Origin: Phoronis australis
Lineage: Eukaryota; Animalia; Phoronida
Assembly: GCA_002633005.1 (NCBI GenBank)
Contig: NMRA01000002.1
Location: 1,829,023-1,893,022 of the forward strand
Direction: 5' to 3'
DNA: 64,000 nt
Part shown: positions 58,901 through 64,000 of the stretch, piece after piece
Layout of the letters: every line of letters begins with the position of its first letter
Position numbering within the stretch: position 1 is the stretch's first letter
Program-made: the position numbers and the translations under genes
The notes under the pieces: generated by a model
What the model was told of the DNA's origin: nothing
Seen by the model: only the letters and a program-made list of their open reading frames with translations
The model's database searches: none

Positions 58901-60586
58901 ACATATTGGCATCTTATGAACAATTTCCACTTGTATCAGACATGCAAAACAGTTCAGAACCTGACCCCAGATGGGCTTTTTTGAGTGTGGCTTTTGAAAC
59001 AGCCCCCCATGGGAGTTTTCTGTTGGTAGGAACTCTTTCTGAAATCTCCAGTAAAGGCTTGTGGTTTGAAGACGATTGCTGCAATGACATTGGAATTATC
59101 TATACTCAAAGACTTGAATTTTTGCAACCGGGATTTTAGGATTTATTCATGCTCAAGTCCACACTAGGCGACTTGACCACTGACAGAGAGGGTAACAGGT
59201 TAGGTGGCTCCACCTTTTGGCATAATGGCAAAACAACAGCACTAGTTTTTCTACCAAATGCAACATGGATACAAAGTTTGTTTAAAACCTCAAGTCGATT
59301 AAAATGGGAATTCCTTCTAGATTATGTATGTGAGCACAGGGCACATTGTCAGGAGAAAACATATGCTCAGTGCAAAAGCAAATGTCTGGCACCTATCATG
59401 AGGTACTTATCACAATTGTGGTTCAAAATACTGACCACGTTCGCTATTTTCAGCAGTGGTGTATTAATAAATACGTGTCATGCATTTCCCATTACATAAG
59501 GAATGTAGAGTCAAATTTCATGAAGATCTCTCGAACTTGGCAAAATAGCAGTAACAGGGTGTTAGAAACCAAAATTGTCACAAGATATATCAGATGTTTG
59601 ATTCATCTCGTAATCTAAGTCAGTCATGCACGTGTCCCCCATGCACATGAAAACGACAGCAATATGACAGGGCTCATTATAACCTTTTGTCTAACTGCTC
59701 ACTGTCAAACCAAAGCCAGCAATACGACAGGGCTCATTATAACCTTTTGCCTAACTGCTCACTGTCAAACCAAAGCCAGCAATATGACTGGCCTCATTAT
59801 AACCTTTCGTCCAACTGCTCAACATCACACCAAAGCCACTCGTAATCGTTACACCACTGACGGAGGAATTCACGTTTCCTTTTCATTCCATATTTTTGCT
59901 GAGTTTCTTCTCGTCCTCTGATTTGGTTTACAACATGATTATTAGGGTATGTAATGTTTGAGCTCCATTTAAAACAATATGCATGGTTCCAGGCACTCTG
60001 CGGATGAAACACAATTATGGGAACTAGCTTGCATTTGGAGTACAGTAAGACTGTTACTACAACTTCCGGTTTTCTGTCGACGACTTAAAATTATTGGCAA
60101 TGAAATTGAAAGTGAGTACACATAGATGCTACTTTTGCATTGAATACCGTTCACACTCGTTTTCATAAGTTCAGGTGTGCAAACTTGCCCTATCAGAAAA
60201 GCACCACTGCTGTGAGCTTTTCCAAGCCTACAAACCGGTTGTCCCGCATACTGGGACTATCATTTAAGTCCAGCCCTGTATGAACCCATACATAATATAA
60301 ATAATACCATATGTAATATAGAGACAGCACAACCCGTCTAAAACTGGGGTGAGCATGTTCCTCGGAACATATTCACGAGTCCTGTGCTTAAGAAGATCTT
60401 GACATGTGCCCCCCTTTCAGAAAATGCACATGCTTAATTGCTCAGTATGAATGCTCATGGTACCACAACTTCACCATACTGTTGAGGGTTCAAGTAATAC
60501 GTATTGTGCATTACACTTACAAAAGGATGGTCTTTACGCCAGGCTTTCCTCTCTTCTGACAATCTTCCCAACGCTATTCCAGACAT
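34898..60586 (-). CDS. UBE2I: SUMO-conjugating enzyme UBC9, 158 aa, 6 coding exons with a duplicated exon 5
   Basis: [22 protein letters not shown]|[28 protein letters not shown]|[25 protein letters not shown]|[36 protein letters not shown]|[25 protein letters not shown](Y/F)C|[20 protein letters not shown]; 477 nt; catalytic Cys93. Confidence 0.97.
36130..36209 (-). CDS. UBE2I: UBC9 coding exon 5b (80 nt, Phe137 variant)
   Basis: atgcag|ATACTT...TTCTG|gtgggt; [26 protein letters not shown]. Confidence 0.85.
36262..36341 (-). CDS. UBE2I: UBC9 coding exon 5a (80 nt, Tyr137 variant)
   Basis: ttgcag|ATTCTC...TACTG|gtgagt; [26 protein letters not shown]. Confidence 0.88.
36946..37017. repeat. 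17-bp minisatellite, ~4 copies, containing CACGTG
   Basis: Unit ctgagacagtgcacgtg. Confidence 0.9.
37309..37418 (-). CDS. UBE2I: UBC9 coding exon 4 (110 nt; HPN motif and catalytic Cys)
   Basis: ttatag|...|gtaaat; [36 protein letters not shown]. Confidence 0.95.
38166..38238 (-). CDS. UBE2I: UBC9 coding exon 3 (73 nt)
   Basis: ttgcag|...|gtaagt; [24 protein letters not shown]. Confidence 0.95.
39277..39360 (-). CDS. UBE2I: UBC9 coding exon 2 (84 nt)
   Basis: ttgcag|...|gtaagt; [28 protein letters not shown]. Confidence 0.95.
42464..44986 (+). CDS. Intronless adhesion/Methuselah-like (class B-type) 7TM receptor with signal peptide and Ser/Thr-rich stalk, 840 aa; nested antisense in UBC9 intron
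   Basis: First ATG at 42464 (the ORF track starts at TTG 42446); hydrophobic N-terminus; ~390-aa S/T-rich region with N-glycosylation sequons; class-B-like TM motifs [64 protein letters not shown]. Confidence 0.85.
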   Translation: MTCVLTITFLVINIGVISGSDHNISTGGDIWPTTASGIQLNASMFSPWNWSLSKKSRRESLQREKTTDGLENQLITGSSVVNQSLHNDFQFVVISSLPVVNPTESRMTASAQPMLAYVDDSSSTLPMKMNNSVSLDGSPVLASVAYTAIPEPIRETTFPKRTRHDQLQPPNSTIAYTPLMSATISEMLAPSLADKQQEGSISVSTAYPHQLQTSSLPNKENITSSLYFLLQSSESVIQDTFSFHTGSFAATPSQSTGETTFSSKQQNVQTSFHIASVSKIRQVISDIKPTRTTYSENLDQSSRNIEAISHEESTLFKENETGDNQVRSSGQVFPFTAFQTLDDLVTSTEQTANSQYGFGSTAHNFSEKQISTSINPNSDHVRSTPTTLRHYTPQISLWSTVASSVLLLITALIFGLVPTLRDAEGYCILNLSVALALAQLTDILGRDSVELGVGCQIVAGVSQYLGIASFFWGSVLVIDNWSVISRPIRDQKNNLNYVMYALFAWLGPLTVLLSTFLYDNLADESSNLRPKIGETECFITVQSALLLFFVSPCCALYLVSALAFTYSCSHVARKRERGHEQISSKVKYKLVRNIIILTTMTVRVILTYVARVYETEVTLILDSNLTLLQGILIFILCICKWDVFVKVHNRVRQCIDTCKSRLEDHNKRRKVRNTYSMEKRKALRAVDFAHGCDNQLITESKFSRHAKVTIEERYRKYHPLHRSDKLKNDDDTADTKATSMIQRLSERLKRKASNKRAPVLNNKYDQFNPMLEGYNNRAYESSVTDMSSDECTMYSLHAPSENLQIQMRDIIASNEPSSVTEIDCTDVSGTSETVSQESRF
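45964..46854. other. Assembly gap
   Basis: Run of N. Confidence 0.99.
47494..47892. mobile_element. PIF/Harbinger-like MITE
   Basis: TIRs GGCCCGGTCTCTAATCTTTGTAGTCGAAA / TTTCGAGTAAAAAGATTGGAGACCGGGCC with a 3-bp CAG TSD (47491-47493, 47893-47895). Confidence 0.8.
50744..51429. mobile_element. Foldback-like element: ~250-290-bp inverted arms built of ~21-23-bp tandem subrepeats
   Basis: Left arm repeats caggacagaaaatttatca, right arm repeats aaattttctgtcctgg; inner ends agaccacatgac / gtcatgtggtct; ~150-bp spacer. Confidence 0.75.
52614..53891 (+). CDS. Intronless adhesion/Methuselah-like 7TM receptor with short glycosylated N-terminus; paralogue of 42464-44986; nested antisense in UBC9 intron
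   Basis: 425-aa ORF (alternative ATG 52677 in ACAATGG context); sequons NFT/NST/NLT/NIT; motifs [56 protein letters not shown]. Confidence 0.85.
   Translation: MFITGDLKKILKKFSTASYDTMDPANNFTPMTAVYNSGSEVWNSTVSTSPGTNMYYNLTTGTKHNITGEFGILHIMELSSLSASVLFLLATFFTYLCLPRQWTPSGCCIMNMCVTLATSQVTLYFGINKTDWNLVCKVTAAIAQFSWMSSFFWLCCIIIHNWWTVNYSESVTQKRQTCIHVVYMSFCWCVPLVLVGITFIFDYLEMPLNPGIGEQFCFIEDLHTLMLLFVAPCILFLFISILLLVSTCANCCANDDDYTEEMQEAKSTLRWALIIEILMDATVCLRYLEFRHAMLELTIVSMCLSFVQSFTTFFALVILQKVCQSVCRIKCSRSKHPAARMKLEQKTSDKRAERRTHNGLRINEEHAAIYSKHHPYIRKKRENSSSLQRSLLGNRSLSSPTHSQSPQSSSSLSPSPQSQGEEVFV
55429..55893. other. Assembly gap
   Basis: Run of N. Confidence 0.99.
59657..59838. repeat. 60-bp minisatellite x3
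   Basis: Unit cagcaatatgacagggctcattataaccttttgtctaactgctcactgtcaaaccaaagc. Confidence 0.9.
60521..60586 (-). CDS. UBE2I: UBC9 coding exon 1 (66 coding nt)
   Basis: [22 protein letters not shown]|gtaagt. A ctttcag| acceptor 4 nt before the ATG implies an upstream non-coding exon that I could not locate. Confidence 0.95.
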
Positions 60587-61643
60587 TTTCCTGAAAGCAG
60601 AAAAAAACGTCACTTGACAATCATACTCTTCTGATATTGACATGAAACAAAACACAAGAATAATTAACAAATAACCGTTTTATTTTATAACATCCATTAA
60701 CATCTGATGGCCAGTTTAGAGAAATAAATATTAACGGCTAGAAATGTCACCATTTATTGCATCTTCACAGAGGGAAGAGCCAACAAAAATATTGAACACA
60801 ATTTCACAAATACTGCATAATACCACATTTATAACCTTTCTACTATCCAATATAGTCAACTGAATGGAGAAATGATTTATAGCTCACATGTTTAGTAAGC
60901 CAAAGCCACACCAGTTACTTTATTGCTTGTTTATAAAACGCGACACTAAAAATAGCCATGCCACTCTGAGCATTTCCTAAATACTGACTTGGTGATGAGA
61001 CACTCCATGTAAACCCCTTGTTAATCTCATATTCTCATCAAGGTTATGAAGAACCTTACTGTCAAGTCTGCATATTCAGCCAAAAATCTATAAAACTGGA
61101 TTTTAGCCCTTTTCTGAAATTTGAAAACTTGTAGAATTTGATTTCTGAGTTTTTACCCATCCGTCATAAATTGGGCCACGAGACCATGTCTTTTCAGTAA
61201 AATTTACTGAAAAAGAAAAGCACAGACAGCACAATAATGGTATGATAATAGCACACCGAATTTCATTTGATATAAATCTTCAAGATGAAATCTAAAATCG
61301 CCAATAGTTTTCTAAATTATTTGTTTTGTTTTCATTTTGTCCAACTTAGTAAAGTCGTCGTGCTTTTAAGCGACTAGTATTAACATACTGTCATACAAAC
61401 AAACAGCAACAATTTGGAATCGTGACAATCTTGACGATTAAATTTTAAAAATCAGCAAAATCCTGCAGCTATATTCGCCATCTATCACCTCAACTTGTTT
61501 CAGTATGATGTACTTTCCATCAAAAGAACACAAAGTAGGTGCCGCGATGCTAAATTCCACATGCATATTTTTACAGCATTAAAATGCACAATCTAAACAG
61601 CTTGATAATCCTTGTACACATATTAAGTTTATTACCTTTGTAG

Positions 61644-62056
61644 CCTAAAGCGCCGTCCACACACACACTTAGCCTAGAACAAGTAACTCCTGGAACGAGT
61701 TGTTGCAAGCTTTGGGGAGCTGTGAGGATGAAGTGCAACTTGCCCCACTTGTGACAACTTACTCCACCATATCAAGATGGGTAGCGTAACTTGCACCAGT
61801 TTTAAACACTGTGTGGATGCAAACTTGAAGCAAAGCAACAGCAATTACCAGCTTCGCACTTGCACAGTTACATAAACAGGGGTGTTCTTTCTTACGCTGT
61901 ATTCGCATTACCTGCCATTGTTACCGTAAGCACACAGCGAAAACTTCCACCTTGCACTAGTTATATTTGTGTGTGGACGCTCCAGTTAAAGTGGGGCAAG
62001 TTACGCTACTGCAAGTTGTTCTAGGGTAAGTGTGTGTGTGGACCGGACATTTTAGG
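61644..62056. mobile_element. MITE with ~40-bp TIRs
   Basis: cctaaagcgccgtccacacacacacttagcctagaacaa pairs with ttgttctagggtaagtgtgtgtgtggaccggacattttagg; internal inverted sub-repeats (aacttgccccactt / aagtggggcaagtt). Confidence 0.75.
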
Positions 62057-63682
62057 TTTTCTAATGGCATGGTTAAACCATTGAAAGTTATACACTTTCG
62101 GTCTCTCTAAGCAAAATGTTTTTACAGTAGCACTTAAACCGGAATAAGTCCAACGCTTGTGACCAACTCAAATGTTGCAAAATCATTATCATGAATAAAA
62201 CGAGTAACTGATTTGCAAATACATGCATGCATAGCATCAATGCTTGTTTGAAGAGAGCTAGACCGTCTTCGTGCAGATACGTATTTTGTAAGCACGACCA
62301 ACCTAAATGATTAATTTAAGCTGCCCAGCAAATGCGCTATCTTCGCAGGCATCTTTGAACTAGAGGTTTGATTCACTAGAGAGCACATGTCAAACAGGAT
62401 ATTACTAAAGCGCTATCACACAACTGAAATCAAGATACGAAGCATCAAATATTAACATGTACAACTTCTCATAGGGCAACTCTCAGGAGTAGTGTGACCT
62501 AATTACAGAGTATCAGGTGCTAATTACAGAGTACAGGGCTTGGAATGACCAATGACACAGTTGTTGGCTTTTGTAGCATGCTGCATCCTTTAAAGATTTC
62601 AGCTTTGTTTACGATTGACTAGATCCAAACTATACAAACAGTGAATAGCTTTACTTTTTTATTAAGTTCCAGTATATAAATTAAGAGTCTTTTGTCCATA
62701 TAAGACAGATGGCAATTTCAGCTGGAACCTTACTCACCAAACACAATAACATTTTCCACTGCTTGCTAAAGGTTTTTTGATAAAATATTTGAACTCTTCC
62801 TGTACACTTGGGTGTCAAAAAACTGTATAGTATGGCTGCAGCCTATCTGTTCAGTGCCACCTAAGGTCACATAGTTTGTGTGCAAAAAATAAACATAATA
62901 AATATTCAGCCCAATCAGAATCGGAGGTAATATCTCAATTATTACTGGTCAATAACAGCTTCAGATTTTTCAGGACATCACATCAAATCTGAATGTGTTA
63001 GTGAATACATAAGTTGATGACCTCTGTAACGGCCAGTCATCATGTCCACCAGTAAGAAATGTCATCGATCACTACTGCTTGAAAGGATATTATTTCTATG
63101 GATTAGGATTTTTGTTTGGGTGACTTGCTGTCAGAAAGCGATTAAAAAAGCCTACTTATCTCAATACTTGAACTTTACTGCCATTGGCTAAGCACTTTCT
63201 AATAACATTTCCAAGAAAAAAGAATTCCAACTTGGTAGAAACTTTCGTTAGTGCTAATTTCGTCTTGAGCTATTATTGTCCATTTTAAAGTCGAAAGCAA
63301 ACACTGCCAAGAAATGAGACACCTATCACACATTTGATATAATAAAAAATTTTAGGCGAGAAAAACTCCGAATTGGCAACCTAAGATTTTACCTCACTCA
63401 CTAGTTGTGACTTCAGGGTAAAATATTTGACACTAGAGTACAATCACCCTGCCATCACAACGTAATGGACAAAGTTCCCGTTTTGGAATTACTTGACTGT
63501 TTTACTTAATGATTGTTAAACAAATCCACCAAACCACAAGTCAGGAAATTAATAGTTGTCAATAAAACTAAGGAAACTAAGACTAATTGCCTTTCATGAA
63601 TGTATAAATTGTCTTGCAGACCATGTAGGTCAGCTGATCAGTTATGGCACAGTACTAAGATCAGGGCTAGCAATAAACAGTG

Positions 63683-63717
63683 TTTAGAATGTAGACAAAG
63701 TATGTCTACATTCTAAA
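63683..63717. repeat. Perfect 15-bp hairpin with 5-nt loop
   Basis: tttagaatgtagaca-aagta-tgtctacattctaaa. Confidence 0.75.
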
Positions 63718-64000
63718 TGCTGTCTGACAAAGGAATCATGGTGGTATTGAACTTTCAATGTTAAAGAAGTTCATTAAAAAGACCAAATTCAATTTACAAA
63801 CAAATCTTATTTTGTTTGGTTATGATGGTTTTCAGTATATTTTGACTCAAAAGTCATCTCCGGCTCCCAGAGTTAATTATCAGCAGGCAAGTTACCCAGA
63901 CGATTACCAACTTTCTGCCTGCGGTCACAAGTCAGTAGTAACCACAACGTCGACAAGTGTAGGTTAATTGTTGCAAACTAGAAAAAAGAGTGCAGGTGAC

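Noticed and set aside
58906-59618. Cluster of plus-strand ORFs as a possible third nested gene or receptor pseudogene
   Set aside because: No TM pattern, no similarity to the two receptors and no convincing splice structure.

Overview
AT-rich, intron-rich animal genomic DNA from a heterozygous draft assembly (two long N gaps and two single-N joins); a marine invertebrate deuterostome is my guess from gene content and intron conservation, not something the sequence proves. Genes reconstructed exon by exon: (1) the 3' end of a small protein with four CX3C motifs (+); (2) a RING1/RNF2 PRC1 E3 ligase (-, 4 coding exons, ~350 aa); (3) an E4F1-like C2H2 zinc-finger gene (+, 15 coding exons, ~772 aa), head-to-head with RNF2 across ~410 bp; (4) UBC9/UBE2I SUMO E2 (-, 158 aa, coding exons 66/84/73/110/80/64 nt); (5) two intronless adhesion/Methuselah-like 7TM receptor ORFs (+) nested antisense in the 21-kb first coding intron of UBC9. 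The most notable observation is a tandem duplication of UBC9's 80-nt fifth coding exon. The copies are 52 nt apart, both have intact splice sites, and they differ by 8 synonymous changes and one Tyr137/Phe137 change, as expected for mutually exclusive exons under purifying selection. The window also holds several MITEs, a foldback-like element, minisatellites (one triplicating a splice donor) and two probable allelic-haplotype duplications, each exposing a transposon insertion.
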